Notes: generated by a model from the sequence alone, not told the origin. DNA of 64,000 bases from Pyrinomonadaceae bacterium (GCA_030841105.1 JAVEDE010000012.1:7079-71078); one strand, 5' to 3'; numbered from the stretch's first letter, positions 1-9,151 are shown. Numbers and translations: made by a program.

Positions 1-2
1 AA

Positions 3-87
3 CGAGTGACAAGTGACAAGATGGAAGACAAGTTTAAGAAAAGGTTTCTGCTTTAACTTGTCACTCGTCACCTGTCACCTGTCACTG
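3..87. repeat. Heptad-repeat inverted arms (TGACAAG-type left arm 3-20, CTYGTCA x4 right arm 57-87)
   Basis: Left arm is gagtgac aagtgac aag. Right arm is cttgtca ctcgtca cctgtca cctgtca ctg. The arms are complementary. The left arm is probably truncated by the window edge. Confidence 0.85.
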
Positions 88-100
88 CTTTAGAGAGGTA

Positions 101-1384
101 ATGACGATGAATCGAAGGTTCTTTTTGAAGTCGGGGGGCATCGCGTTGGCGAGCGTCGGGTTGGTGGGCGCGTCGCCGTCGTTTTTGCAGCGCGTGGCGG
201 CGGCGCAGGGGTTGCAGGCGGGCAGCAGCGGCGGGCGTCGCAAAACTCTGATCGCGATCTTTCAGCGCGGCGCGGTGGACGGCCTCAACATGGTCGTGCC
301 GCACGGCGAGAAAAATTATTACGCGCTGCGCCCCTCCATCGCTGTCGCGCAGCCGGGCAAAGGCGCGGCGGGCGAGTCGGCCGTAGACCTCGACGGCTTC
401 TTCGGCCTGCATCCCGCGCTCGCAGGGTTCAAGCCGATGTGGGACGCGAAGCGACTCGCCATCGTCCATGCCGCCGGGTCGCCCGACAACACGCGCTCGC
501 ACTTCGACGCGCAGGACTACATGGAGGCGGGCACGCCCGGCGTCAAGTCCACGCCCGACGGCTGGCTCAATCGTTACTTGCAGGCGCGCCTTGATCCCAA
601 AGCCTCGCCGTTTCGCGGCGTCTCGATGACGCAGAACTTGCCGCGCGTGATGCAGGGTCGCGCGCCCGCGCTCGCCATCTCCAACCTCAACGACTTCTCG
701 ATCCGCGCCGGGCAATCTTCGCAGAGCGTGCAGGGCGGCTTCGAGGACATCTACGAGCAGGCGGCGGGCGACGCGCTTCAAGGCACGGGCAAGGAGACGT
801 TCGAGGCCATCGCCTTTTTGAAACAGGTCAACCCCGCGCAGTACAAACCGGAGAACGGCGCGCAATACCCGCGCACGCAGTTCGGCAACTCTCTGTTGCA
901 GATCGCCCAACTCGTCAAGGCGGGCGTCGGCCTCGAAGTCGCCTTCACGGACGTGGGCGGTTGGGACACGCACGTCAATGAAGGCGGCGCGCGCGGCCAA
1001 CTCGCGTTGCGATTGACTGAATTCGGCAACGGCATCAACGCGCTCTACACAGACCTCGGCGCGCGCCGGATGGACGACGTAGTGATCCTCACGATGTCGG
1101 AGTTCGGCCGCACCGTGCGTGAGAACGGCAACCGCGGCACAGATCACGGCCACGCCAACGCCATGTTCATCATCGGCGGCGCGACGCGCGGCGGCAAAGT
1201 TTACGGCCAGTGGCCGGGACTCGACACAGACAAACTCTACGACGGGCGCGACCTCGCCCTGACGACCGACTTCCGCGACGTGTTCGGCGAAGTCGCGCAG
1301 AAACATCTGGGCAACGCCGACCTCAAAAAAGTCTTCCCCGGTTATGCCACGAGCGCGGCGAAGTTTCGCGGCGTGCTCGGCTAA
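101..1384 (+). CDS. DUF1501 domain-containing protein (sulfatase-like, Tat signal)
   Basis: 427-aa ORF with a twin-arginine signal (MNRRFFLKSGGIALASVGL). Conserved blocks are HFDAQDYME, GGWDTH and SEFGRTVRENGNRGTDHGH. A GAGAGG RBS lies at 93-98. Confidence 0.85.
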   Translation: MTMNRRFFLKSGGIALASVGLVGASPSFLQRVAAAQGLQAGSSGGRRKTLIAIFQRGAVDGLNMVVPHGEKNYYALRPSIAVAQPGKGAAGESAVDLDGFFGLHPALAGFKPMWDAKRLAIVHAAGSPDNTRSHFDAQDYMEAGTPGVKSTPDGWLNRYLQARLDPKASPFRGVSMTQNLPRVMQGRAPALAISNLNDFSIRAGQSSQSVQGGFEDIYEQAAGDALQGTGKETFEAIAFLKQVNPAQYKPENGAQYPRTQFGNSLLQIAQLVKAGVGLEVAFTDVGGWDTHVNEGGARGQLALRLTEFGNGINALYTDLGARRMDDVVILTMSEFGRTVRENGNRGTDHGHANAMFIIGGATRGGKVYGQWPGLDTDKLYDGRDLALTTDFRDVFGEVAQKHLGNADLKKVFPGYATSAAKFRGVLG

Positions 1385-1457
1385 ACAATAGCCGCGAAGC
1401 GGCGGCCGGTAGTAGCTCCGCGCGTCAGGGCGGGAATCAAGTTAAGTTCAAAAGTTT

Positions 1458-1516
1458 GAAGCCCCGTCAGGGTGACACAAGCACGCGTTGCATTGTGTCG
1501 CCCCTGACGGGGCTTC
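1458..1516 (+). terminator. Long hairpin downstream of the DUF1501 gene
   Basis: gaagccccgtcagggtgacacaa ... ttgtgtcgcccctgacggggcttc is a near-perfect ~23-bp stem, followed by gttatta. Confidence 0.5.
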
Positions 1517-1732
1517 GTTATTATCTTTGCGCCTGATCCACGCGCTTAAGCATGGGGCTATTAACTGTCCTCTCTTCGGGGCTACTATCGGTCGCCCCCT
1601 GCGGATACTCTGTGTCGCCGCGGCGAGTTCTTAATATCTCTCGCTTCAAGTTGCCAACGCCGTTTCGACGCAGAAATGGGCAACAAGGGCGAAACGGGCG
1701 GCAAGGGGGAAACATGCGCGACGCTCGTCGTT

Positions 1733-4700
1733 TCAACGGAGCGGCCAGCCGCCGTGCGCTTCAATCGCGGCGTCAATCCCGGACATCAGGCGCATGGTTT
1801 CGGCGAGCGCGGCGAGCAGCCGTTGATAGTGCGCGAGGTCTTCGTAAGCGAGCGCGCGCCCCTTGCGATCCTTGAGCCACTTGTGCGCGACCTGATAGCC
1901 GCCGACGTGGAAGTCCCAGACCTCCTGCGGGACGTTCGCGAAATATTGTTCGTGGTTGATCCAGACGCGCCCCACGCCCTCGCCGCCCTCGCCGTCTGCG
2001 GTGTAACGCAAAGCCTCGACGACGTTCGTGCCGCTCGCGGGAAACGAGGCGAGGTCGGGGGCGCGTTCTTCCAGCAGGTGCAGGCGGACGAGGCGCGCGC
2101 CGTGCGCGCACAGGCGACGGAAGAGTTCGGGCTGCGAGGTGAGCGGAAGACGTGGGAAGTCCGTCTTCAAAAACTCGCCGTAGCGTTCGCGGTAGGCGGG
2201 CGAGTGGAAGACTGCGTACATGTAGGCGAACACGTCTTCGGGGGCGAAGGTGCGCGCTAGGGGGTCGCCCGCGCCGCCGGGGACGAAAGAGAGGCCGAGT
2301 CGCTGCTCTAACTCTGCGACGAACTGCGGCGCGAGGTTCGGGCGACGCCCGCCGGGCGCGTCGCTTGATTCCGCGAAATCAAACAGAGTGGATTTCTTAG
2401 CTTCGTCGTAAAGGTAGAGCGGGAAGAGATAGTTGACTTCTTTCAACGAGACGGTGTGATGTTGGATGAGTTGCGAGGTGCAAAAGACGTGCTCCCAGCC
2501 GCGCCCGATCTCAATCGAGCGCGTGGTGCTGAGACCGAGATTCGCCCCGGCCAGCATGTGACGCATAACTTCCGGGCGCGGCCAATCAACCATCGTCTGC
2601 GTGTAATAAATCCAGCGTTCGTCGAACGGCCGGTAGAGAATTTTCTTCAAGTGCGCTTCGTGATGCTTGTCTGAGGCGATGGCTTTGCGCGCGTCGGGCA
2701 GCTTCCATCCGCGCGAATCTCCGGCTGCGTATTTGGCCGCTCCTTTCCCCGTAAAGTATTTGGCGCGGATGGTCTCGTCGGCGGTGTCGAGGTTGCCGAA
2801 GTCGGCGATGCGTCCGAGCAAAGCGTCGGCTTCGATGTCGGTGACGAAGCCGTCGCGCGCGGTGATGATCCCTGCGGAGTTGACGGGGAAGATGTCCGGC
2901 ACGCGCCAGCCCTGTTCGTACTCGTCGGCATGACCTGACAGCCGCGGCGTGAATAAGTAGAAAGGCGACTGCGGCTGAAACTCGACCCACGGCGTCGTGC
3001 TCAGTTCGTGTTGCCAGAGCCAGTTGTATTTTCCGCCCGTGAGCGTGCGTGCGCCGTCAGCGTTCTCTTCGTAGACTTCACGCGCGCCCCACAGGTGTGC
3101 GTGGCGCATGATGGCGGGCTGCTGGTTCAACTTCTTCTTCGCCGACGCGCGCTTGACGAAGATGCCGATGGCGACGCCCTGCTGGATGGCGAAGACGTTC
3201 TCGTCCTTCGAGCCGTCGGGCGCGCGTTCTTTCTTCTTGCTGTTGCCGTGCAGATCGAGCACGTAGATGTCGTCAAACGTCTCCATCAAACTCCGGCGCA
3301 TCCCGCGAAACGTCGGGTTGTCGAGATAGCCGTGATTGGTAATGAAGGCGAGCACGCCGTAGCCCGTCTCTTCGATGCGCGTTTGCGCGAAGCGTATGAA
3401 CTTAACGTAGTCGTCTTGCAGCCAGTGCTTGCGCTCGCTGAGCGGTTGGCCGTCAACGGTCTTGTAAGCGTCAACCAGTTTAGCCATCCCTTCCGACATG
3501 TTTGCGGAGAGACCGGAATAGGGCGGGTTGCCGAGGATGACCATGACGGGCGCTTCCTGCTTGACGCGGCTCGCGGCGTTGGCTTCCTCGGCCAGCCATT
3601 GCGTGAAGAGCGGCAGGCGGCCGACCTCGTGCCCCTCCGCGAGCGTGTTCGTCAGGTAGACGCGCAGTCGTTCGTCCGTGTTGAACTCGTAGCCCGTCTC
3701 AGCCAGTTGCAGCCCCAGCTTCATGTGCGCCACCGCGTAGGGAGCCATCAGCAACTCGAACCCGCAGAGGCGCGGCAACAGGTGCTCCGAGACGTAGCTC
3801 GACCACATGCCGCGGTTGTTTTCAAATGACTCGTAGATGTGACTCACGACGCCGTGGAGAAACGTGCCCGTGCCCGTCGCCGGATCGAGGATCAAGACTT
3901 TGTGGACTTCGTCCGCGCGCCCGCCACCCGCCGCCTTGAACTTGATCTTGCTTGAGTCGGCCAGCCCGTCGCGCAGGCGGAAGTCGGTCTTCAAAATGTG
4001 ATCTACGCTGCGGACGATGTAAGAGACGACCGGCTCGGGCGTGTAGTAGACGCCGCGCGCTTCGCGCATCGCCGGATCGTAGGCGGCGAGGAAGGTTTCG
4101 TAGAAATGCACCACGGGGTCTTCGCGTCGCGTCGCGCGCCCGAAGTCGCGTAGGATGTCTGCGATCTTCGTGCGGTTCAAGACTTCCGCCAGATCGTCCA
4201 CCGCCCACGCGATGCGCGGGTCTAAGTCAATGCCCGCGATGTGGTCGAACAGCTTGCGTAGGAAGGGGTTTGTCTTCGGCAGGTCGTGCGCGGCGGCGCG
4301 GCGTGTGAAGGGCGCGTCCCCGCGCGCGTTGCAGCGCGCCGCGAAGAGGCCGTAGCAGATGGTCTGCGCGTACATGTCCGCGAACTGCTCCCCGGTGAGA
4401 TCGTGTATGAGCACGTCGCGGAAGCCTTTGAGTTGATTGTGCAGCGGGTCGGGCGTGTCGCCGTTTGTATCTTCGTCGCCGAGCGCGCGCTCGATGGTGT
4501 CGCGGATGAGTCGCGCAACGGCGGCCATGCGCTCGGCCAACTCTTTCGCGCTGTTAACCGTCTCCACACGCGCGTTGAGGAACGCCGACAGCAGTTGCGT
4601 GACGTGCGCCTCGCCTTCGGGTTCGACCCGCAACTTGCCGTTCGCGCCGACGCGCGCGAGCCGCGCCGTCTGCCGCAACTCGTCGCGCACGTACCAGCGA

Positions 4701-5011
4701 AATTCCAGATAGTCCGTCAGGATCAGGTTGCCGAGACTCTCGCGGTAGCGTCTCATCTGCTCGCTCTTCTGTTCGCGTTCGAGCGAGACGCCCACGTCTT
4801 TGGCTTCGATGTAACCGAGCGGCGTCTGCCCGCGCGTGACGATGTAGTCGGGCGCGCCGCACCGCTGCCGCTTCGGCTCGTTGGTCGCCATTACTTTGTC
4901 GTCCAGCGATTCGACGAGAGACTTGAGCGCGGGGCGGTAGGTGTGTTCGGTGGCGTTGCCCGCGAGCAACGCCTGTTCAATCGCTGCGAGATAAGACGAA
5001 ATGGGAGGCAT
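1733..5011 (-). CDS. Type IIG-like restriction-modification enzyme (N-terminal PD-(D/E)xK-like nuclease, N6-adenine methyltransferase, C-terminal specificity region)
   Basis: 1092-aa ORF. N-terminal GAPDYIV..GYIEAKD is nuclease-like. LDPATGTGTFL is SAM motif I. GNPPYSG is the NPPY catalytic motif. The long C-terminal region resembles the type ISP/IIG target-recognition part. Confidence 0.75.
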   Translation of the reverse strand: MPPISSYLAAIEQALLAGNATEHTYRPALKSLVESLDDKVMATNEPKRQRCGAPDYIVTRGQTPLGYIEAKDVGVSLEREQKSEQMRRYRESLGNLILTDYLEFRWYVRDELRQTARLARVGANGKLRVEPEGEAHVTQLLSAFLNARVETVNSAKELAERMAAVARLIRDTIERALGDEDTNGDTPDPLHNQLKGFRDVLIHDLTGEQFADMYAQTICYGLFAARCNARGDAPFTRRAAAHDLPKTNPFLRKLFDHIAGIDLDPRIAWAVDDLAEVLNRTKIADILRDFGRATRREDPVVHFYETFLAAYDPAMREARGVYYTPEPVVSYIVRSVDHILKTDFRLRDGLADSSKIKFKAAGGGRADEVHKVLILDPATGTGTFLHGVVSHIYESFENNRGMWSSYVSEHLLPRLCGFELLMAPYAVAHMKLGLQLAETGYEFNTDERLRVYLTNTLAEGHEVGRLPLFTQWLAEEANAASRVKQEAPVMVILGNPPYSGLSANMSEGMAKLVDAYKTVDGQPLSERKHWLQDDYVKFIRFAQTRIEETGYGVLAFITNHGYLDNPTFRGMRRSLMETFDDIYVLDLHGNSKKKERAPDGSKDENVFAIQQGVAIGIFVKRASAKKKLNQQPAIMRHAHLWGAREVYEENADGARTLTGGKYNWLWQHELSTTPWVEFQPQSPFYLFTPRLSGHADEYEQGWRVPDIFPVNSAGIITARDGFVTDIEADALLGRIADFGNLDTADETIRAKYFTGKGAAKYAAGDSRGWKLPDARKAIASDKHHEAHLKKILYRPFDERWIYYTQTMVDWPRPEVMRHMLAGANLGLSTTRSIEIGRGWEHVFCTSQLIQHHTVSLKEVNYLFPLYLYDEAKKSTLFDFAESSDAPGGRRPNLAPQFVAELEQRLGLSFVPGGAGDPLARTFAPEDVFAYMYAVFHSPAYRERYGEFLKTDFPRLPLTSQPELFRRLCAHGARLVRLHLLEERAPDLASFPASGTNVVEALRYTADGEGGEGVGRVWINHEQYFANVPQEVWDFHVGGYQVAHKWLKDRKGRALAYEDLAHYQRLLAALAETMRLMSGIDAAIEAHGGWPLR

Positions 5012-5151
5012 GTTCTGCTCGTTAATCAGTCTGCGCGAAATCGTGACGGCTGATGTCGGGTTGCGTGGAGAGTATAAACCACGCGCGGGCGTAAGCGCGC
5101 GTTGGTCGTCCGTCAGTCTCGCGCGCTAGTCGTCCCTCAGGGTCGCGCTGG

Positions 5152-6012
5152 TTGTCCGTCAATCTCCGCTCGCATAAGATGAGTTTCAGACTGACGCGAG
5201 ACGAGTTTGCGATTGACGCCAGACGAGTTTGCGACCGACGCGTGGCCGACCTGTTCCAACCGACGATCCTGCGCTACGACGCGCTGCCTTCGACCAACAC
5301 GGAGGCGGCGGGACAGGCCGCGCGCGGCGCGCCCGAAGGCTTGTGCGTCGTGGCGCGCGAGCAGACGCGCGGGCGCGGGCGGCAGGAGCGCGTGTGGGCG
5401 TCGCCGCCCGATGCGGGACTCTATTTCAGCATCGTCCTGCGCCCGCGCCTGAAGCTCGAAGCGTGGCCGCTCCTGACGCTCGCCGCCGCCCTCGCCGTGC
5501 GCGACGCGCTCGCGGAGGCGTGCCGACTTGAGACGGACATCAAGTGGCCGAACGACATCCTCGCCGGGGGGCAGAAACTCTGCGGCATACTTGCCGAGAC
5601 CGTCGAGACCGCGACGGGGCGCGCGTGCGTCCTCGGCATCGGCATCAACTTGAGCGAGCGCGCCTACCCGGAAGAGTTGCGCGAGCGCGCCACGTCGGTC
5701 GAAGCCGCGACGGGCGCGCCGGTTGATCTCGAAGACGTGCTCGCCGCGCTCGTCCGCTGTCTCGCGCGCCGCTACGCGCAACTCCACGCGCCTGCGGGCG
5801 AGGCGTCCGTCGTGCTCGATTGGTCGGCCAACTCCACTTACGCCGAGGGCAAGCGCGTGCGCGTCCACGCCGCGACGGAAGTTTTCGACGGCACGACGCG
5901 CGGCCTTGAGCCGGACGGCGCGTTGCGGGTTCAGACAGCGACGGGCGACTTCAAGATCGTGCGCGCGGGCGACGTGCATGCGCTGCGCGCGGAAACGATG
6001 AACGATCAATGA
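5152..6012 (+). CDS. birA: Biotin--[acetyl-CoA-carboxylase] ligase
   Basis: Motifs GRGRQERVW, KWPNDIL and KLCGILAE. There is no N-terminal HTH, so this is a class I BirA. An alternative start is the ATG at 5179. Confidence 0.85.
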   Translation: MSVNLRSHKMSFRLTRDEFAIDARRVCDRRVADLFQPTILRYDALPSTNTEAAGQAARGAPEGLCVVAREQTRGRGRQERVWASPPDAGLYFSIVLRPRLKLEAWPLLTLAAALAVRDALAEACRLETDIKWPNDILAGGQKLCGILAETVETATGRACVLGIGINLSERAYPEELRERATSVEAATGAPVDLEDVLAALVRCLARRYAQLHAPAGEASVVLDWSANSTYAEGKRVRVHAATEVFDGTTRGLEPDGALRVQTATGDFKIVRAGDVHALRAETMNDQ

Positions 6013-6101
6013 TGAGCGATGAGGTGGGAATGTTGAACGATGAATGATGAAGTGGGAATGTTGAAGGACGAGTGATGAAGTAGGAATGTTGAACGATGAA
6101 T
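5989..6101. repeat. GATGA-type heptad array running into three tandem 28-bp (4 x 7) units
   Basis: acgatga acgatca atgatga gcgatga is followed by three 28-bp units at 6018-6045, 6046-6073 and 6074-6101 (gatgaRgtRggaatgttgaaS...). The array spans the birA stop (6010-6012) and the next ORF's ATG (6096). Confidence 0.9.
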
Positions 6102-7472
6102 GAACAACAAAGTGCGTCTGCCGCTTCCTCGTGCGCCGTGCCCACCTCGTCGTTTGTCTCAAGGCGCATCGTCCTGTCAACCTTCGGTTCGTTCGGCGAC
6201 ATTCATCCTTACGTCGCGCTCGCATTGGAGTTGAAGGCGCGCGGCCACCGGCCGGTCATCGCCACGTCGGAGATTTACCGTGAGAAGACCGACGCGCTCG
6301 GCCTCGAACTCCATCCGGTGCGCCCGGTCGTGCCGTCTTACGACGAGCCGGATGTGATCGCTCCCCTGATCGAAAAGATGATGGACGCGCGCACGGGGAC
6401 GGAGGAGGTGTTCAAAACTTTCATCATCCCGCACCTGCGCGACACCTACGACGACCTGCTCGCGGCGGTGCGCGGAGCAGACTTGTTCGTGACGCACCCG
6501 CTCACCATTCCGGGGCCGTCGGTGGCCGAACGCACGGGCGTCCGTTGGGTGTCGAGCGTGCTCGCGCCCGGCTCGATGCTCTCGATTTACGACCCTCCCG
6601 TGCCGCCGCAATTCCCCCCGCTTCACCGCGTGATGATGCTCCACCCCGCCGTCGGGCGCGCGTTGATGAGCCTCGGCAAATGGAAGTGGGGCGCGATGTG
6701 GAAGGCGCTCAACCGGCTGCGCGCGGACGTAGGTCTCGCGCCGTCGAACGCGCACCCGCTCTTCGAGGGACAGCACTCGCCGACGCTCGTCCTCGCGCTC
6801 TTCTCGCGCGTGCTGGCCGACCCGCAGCCCGACTGGCCGCCCCGCACGCTCGTCACCGGCTTCCCCTTCTACGACCGGCGCGACCGCGCGGGCGACGACG
6901 TTGACACCGCCTCCGAAGGCAACAACCTCTCGCCCGCGCTCGCAGACTTTCTCGACGCGGGAGAGCCGCCCGTCATCTTCACACTCGGCTCGTCGGCCAT
7001 CTGGGTGGCGAAGGATTTTTACCGCGAGTCAATCGCCGCTGCCCGCGCGCTCGGCCGCCGCGCGCTCTTGCTCATCGGCCACGAACGCAACCGTCCGGCC
7101 GAGCCACTGCCCGCGGGCGTCGCCGCGTTCGAGTACGCGCCTTACGGCGAAGTGCTGCCGCGCGCGTGCGTCGTCGTGCATCAGGGCGGCGTCGGCACGA
7201 CGGGGCAGGCGTTGCGTGCCGGACGCCCCGCGCTCGTCGTCCCTTTCAGCCACGATCAGTTCGACAACGGCGCGCGCGTCGCGCGTCTGGGGTGCGGGCG
7301 CATGCTCGCGCGCGGGCGATACAACGCCGCGAGCGCGACGCGCGAGTTGCGTGCTATCTTGGACAACGAAACTTATCACATGGCCGCGACGGAAATCGGC
7401 CGCCGCGTGCAGGCCGAAGACGGCACGCGCGCCGCCTGCGACGCGATTGAAGAAGTGCTCGGCCGCGCATGA
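6096..7472 (+). CDS. Glycosyltransferase family 1 (UDP-glycosyltransferase/MGT-like)
   Basis: N-terminal STFGSFGDIHPYVALALELKARGH. C-terminal nucleotide-sugar signature HQGGVGTTGQALRAGRPALVVPFSHDQFDNG. Confidence 0.8.
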   Translation: MNEQQSASAASSCAVPTSSFVSRRIVLSTFGSFGDIHPYVALALELKARGHRPVIATSEIYREKTDALGLELHPVRPVVPSYDEPDVIAPLIEKMMDARTGTEEVFKTFIIPHLRDTYDDLLAAVRGADLFVTHPLTIPGPSVAERTGVRWVSSVLAPGSMLSIYDPPVPPQFPPLHRVMMLHPAVGRALMSLGKWKWGAMWKALNRLRADVGLAPSNAHPLFEGQHSPTLVLALFSRVLADPQPDWPPRTLVTGFPFYDRRDRAGDDVDTASEGNNLSPALADFLDAGEPPVIFTLGSSAIWVAKDFYRESIAAARALGRRALLLIGHERNRPAEPLPAGVAAFEYAPYGEVLPRACVVVHQGGVGTTGQALRAGRPALVVPFSHDQFDNGARVARLGCGRMLARGRYNAASATRELRAILDNETYHMAATEIGRRVQAEDGTRAACDAIEEVLGRA

Positions 7473-7524
7473 TGAAAGGTGCTCGGCCGCGCATGATGCG
7501 ACGTGCCCGGCCGCGCTTGACGCG
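7453..7524. repeat. Three tandem 24-bp units duplicating the 3' end (with stop codon) of the glycosyltransferase gene
   Basis: aagtgctcggccgcgcatgatgaa / aggtgctcggccgcgcatgatgcg / acgtgcccggccgcgcttgacgcg. Each unit keeps an in-frame TGA. Confidence 0.85.
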
Positions 7525-7550
7525 AGGCGCGCGACGGGTGACGCAGGGTG

Positions 7551-7650
7551 TGAGTGACGAATGACGCAGCGCATGCGATGAACAACGCGGGACGGGCGTG
7601 ACGAATGATGCGGCGCGTGCGACGAATGACGCCCGGCGCGCGGACGGGCT
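7551..7650. repeat. Two ~46-bp direct repeats (gtgacgaatgaYgcRgcgcRtgcga...)
   Basis: Both copies were read directly from the intergenic sequence between the GT1 and GNAT genes. Confidence 0.7.
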
Positions 7651-7691
7651 AATATCTCCCGTCCGGCAAAGGCCGCGAAGGTTGGTGCGCG

Positions 7692-8264
7692 ATGGAACAG
7701 ACGCCTTTCACCACGCTCGAATCCGCGCGACTCGTCCTGCGTCGTTTGTGCGACGCAGACCTCACGCCGCTCGTCGCCTATCTCAACGATCCGCTCGTGG
7801 CGCGTTATCAAACGTGGGAGTCGTACACGGAAGAGGGCGCGCGCGAGTTGATCGAAGGGCAGCAGCATCTCACGCCCGGCGTGCCGGGACGCTGGTTCAA
7901 CTTCGCGCTTGAAGTGAGAGAGACGGGCGCGCTCGCCGGACACGTCGCGCTGTGCGTGCGCGCTGACGACGCGCGACAGGCGGAGATCGGCTTCACGCTC
8001 GCGCGCCCGTTTCAAGGCAAAGGTCTGGCTGCCGAGGCCGCGCGCCGCGTGCTCGCTTACGCGTTCGGAGAACTCCGGCTGCACCGCGTCGTGGCGATCA
8101 CGGACACTGAAAACGCGAGTTCCATCGCGCTCCTCGAACGACTGGGGATGCGTCGGGAAGGGCACTTCATCCAGAACATCCGGTTCAAAGGAAAGTGGGG
8201 CGACGAGTATCAATACGCGATCTTGCGCGATGAATGGACGCGACAGCAGCAGCATGACGAGTGA
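7692..8264 (+). CDS. GNAT family N-acetyltransferase (RimJ/RimL-like)
   Basis: 190 aa with the acetyl-CoA binding block FQGKGLAAEAARRVLAYAF and a typical C-terminal YAILRDEW. Confidence 0.85.
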   Translation: MEQTPFTTLESARLVLRRLCDADLTPLVAYLNDPLVARYQTWESYTEEGARELIEGQQHLTPGVPGRWFNFALEVRETGALAGHVALCVRADDARQAEIGFTLARPFQGKGLAAEAARRVLAYAFGELRLHRVVAITDTENASSIALLERLGMRREGHFIQNIRFKGKWGDEYQYAILRDEWTRQQQHDE

Positions 8265-8311
8265 CGCCCTCCGCGTCGGTCAACAAGCCGGGCGGTTCAT
8301 CTCGACACTTA

Positions 8312-8362
8312 TTACTTGTCACTTGATTGCTTGTCACTCGTCACTTGTCACTCGTCACTTTT
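8312..8362. repeat. CTYGTCA heptad array immediately upstream of coaX
   Basis: cttgtca cttgatt gcttgtca ctcgtca cttgtca ctcgtca ctttta. The array ends ~10 nt before the ATG at 8369. Confidence 0.9.
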
Positions 8363-8368
8363 AACAAC

Positions 8369-9151
8369 ATGCTTCTAGTCATTGATGTCGGAAACACCAA
8401 CACTTCGCTCGGCGTCTACGACGGCGAGCGGCTCGTCACGCACTGGCGTCTGACGACCGAGCGCGGGCGCACGGTGGACGAGTACGGCGTGCTCGCGCGC
8501 AACTTGTTCGCGCTGGCGGGGCTGGACTTCAAGGCCATCAACGCGGTCGCCGCCGCTTCGGTCGTGCCGCAGTTGAACTTCACGGTCAAGCGCATGGCCG
8601 AGGAATACTTTCACCTCTCGCCGCTCTTCATAGATCACACCACGCACACAGGGATGGAGATACTCTACCGGCCGCCCTCGGACGTGGGCGCGGATCGCAT
8701 CGTGGACGCCGTGGCCGCGCGCCACAAGTACGGCGCGCCGGTCATCGTCGTGGACTTCGGCACGGCGACCACGTTCAACGCCGTCAACGCGGCCGGACAG
8801 TATCTCGGCGGCGTCATCACGCCCGGCATCCAAATCTCTTCGGACGCACTCTTCGCGCGCGCCGCGCGCCTGCCGCGCGTCGAGATCAAACGACCGCAGG
8901 CCGTCATCGGCGCGACGACGAACGACGCGATCCAGTCGGGTCTCTATTACGGCTACGTCGGCCTCGTGGACGGCATCCTCCGGCGCATGCGCGAGGAACT
9001 CGGCGGCGACGTGCGCGTGGTCGCCACGGGCGGTCTCGCCCCGCTCATCGCCACCGGCTCCGAACTCATCGAAACCGTTGACGACACGCTCACGCTCGAA
9101 GGGCTGAGATTGATCTACGAAGGAACGAAGGAAGTGACGAGTGACAAGTGA
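8369..9151 (+). CDS. coaX: Type III pantothenate kinase
   Basis: MLLVIDVGNTNT start, plus the DFGTATTF and VATGGLA motifs. The ORF track starts at 8327, but those 14 codons are encoded by the heptad array. Confidence 0.9.
   Translation: MLLVIDVGNTNTSLGVYDGERLVTHWRLTTERGRTVDEYGVLARNLFALAGLDFKAINAVAAASVVPQLNFTVKRMAEEYFHLSPLFIDHTTHTGMEILYRPPSDVGADRIVDAVAARHKYGAPVIVVDFGTATTFNAVNAAGQYLGGVITPGIQISSDALFARAARLPRVEIKRPQAVIGATTNDAIQSGLYYGYVGLVDGILRRMREELGGDVRVVATGGLAPLIATGSELIETVDDTLTLEGLRLIYEGTKEVTSDK

Noticed and set aside
68-1306. Long antisense ORFs opposite real genes. Examples are 68-1306, 12974-14212, 14937-16871, 19121-20266, 26096-27877, 54325-55524, 55783-57000 and 58338-59642.
   Set aside because: These are typical shadow ORFs of GC-rich DNA. 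Their translations are Arg/Ala/Gly-rich and low in complexity, with no recognisable motifs. The opposite strand carries clear family signatures in every case.
8327-8368. The first 14 codons of the ORF-track coaX (MLVTRHLSLVTFNN), and likewise 9220-9297 of the next ORF.
   Set aside because: Both are translations of the heptad arrays. The canonical CoaX N-terminus MLLVIDVGNTNT begins at 8369, and an ATG at 9298 follows the second array.
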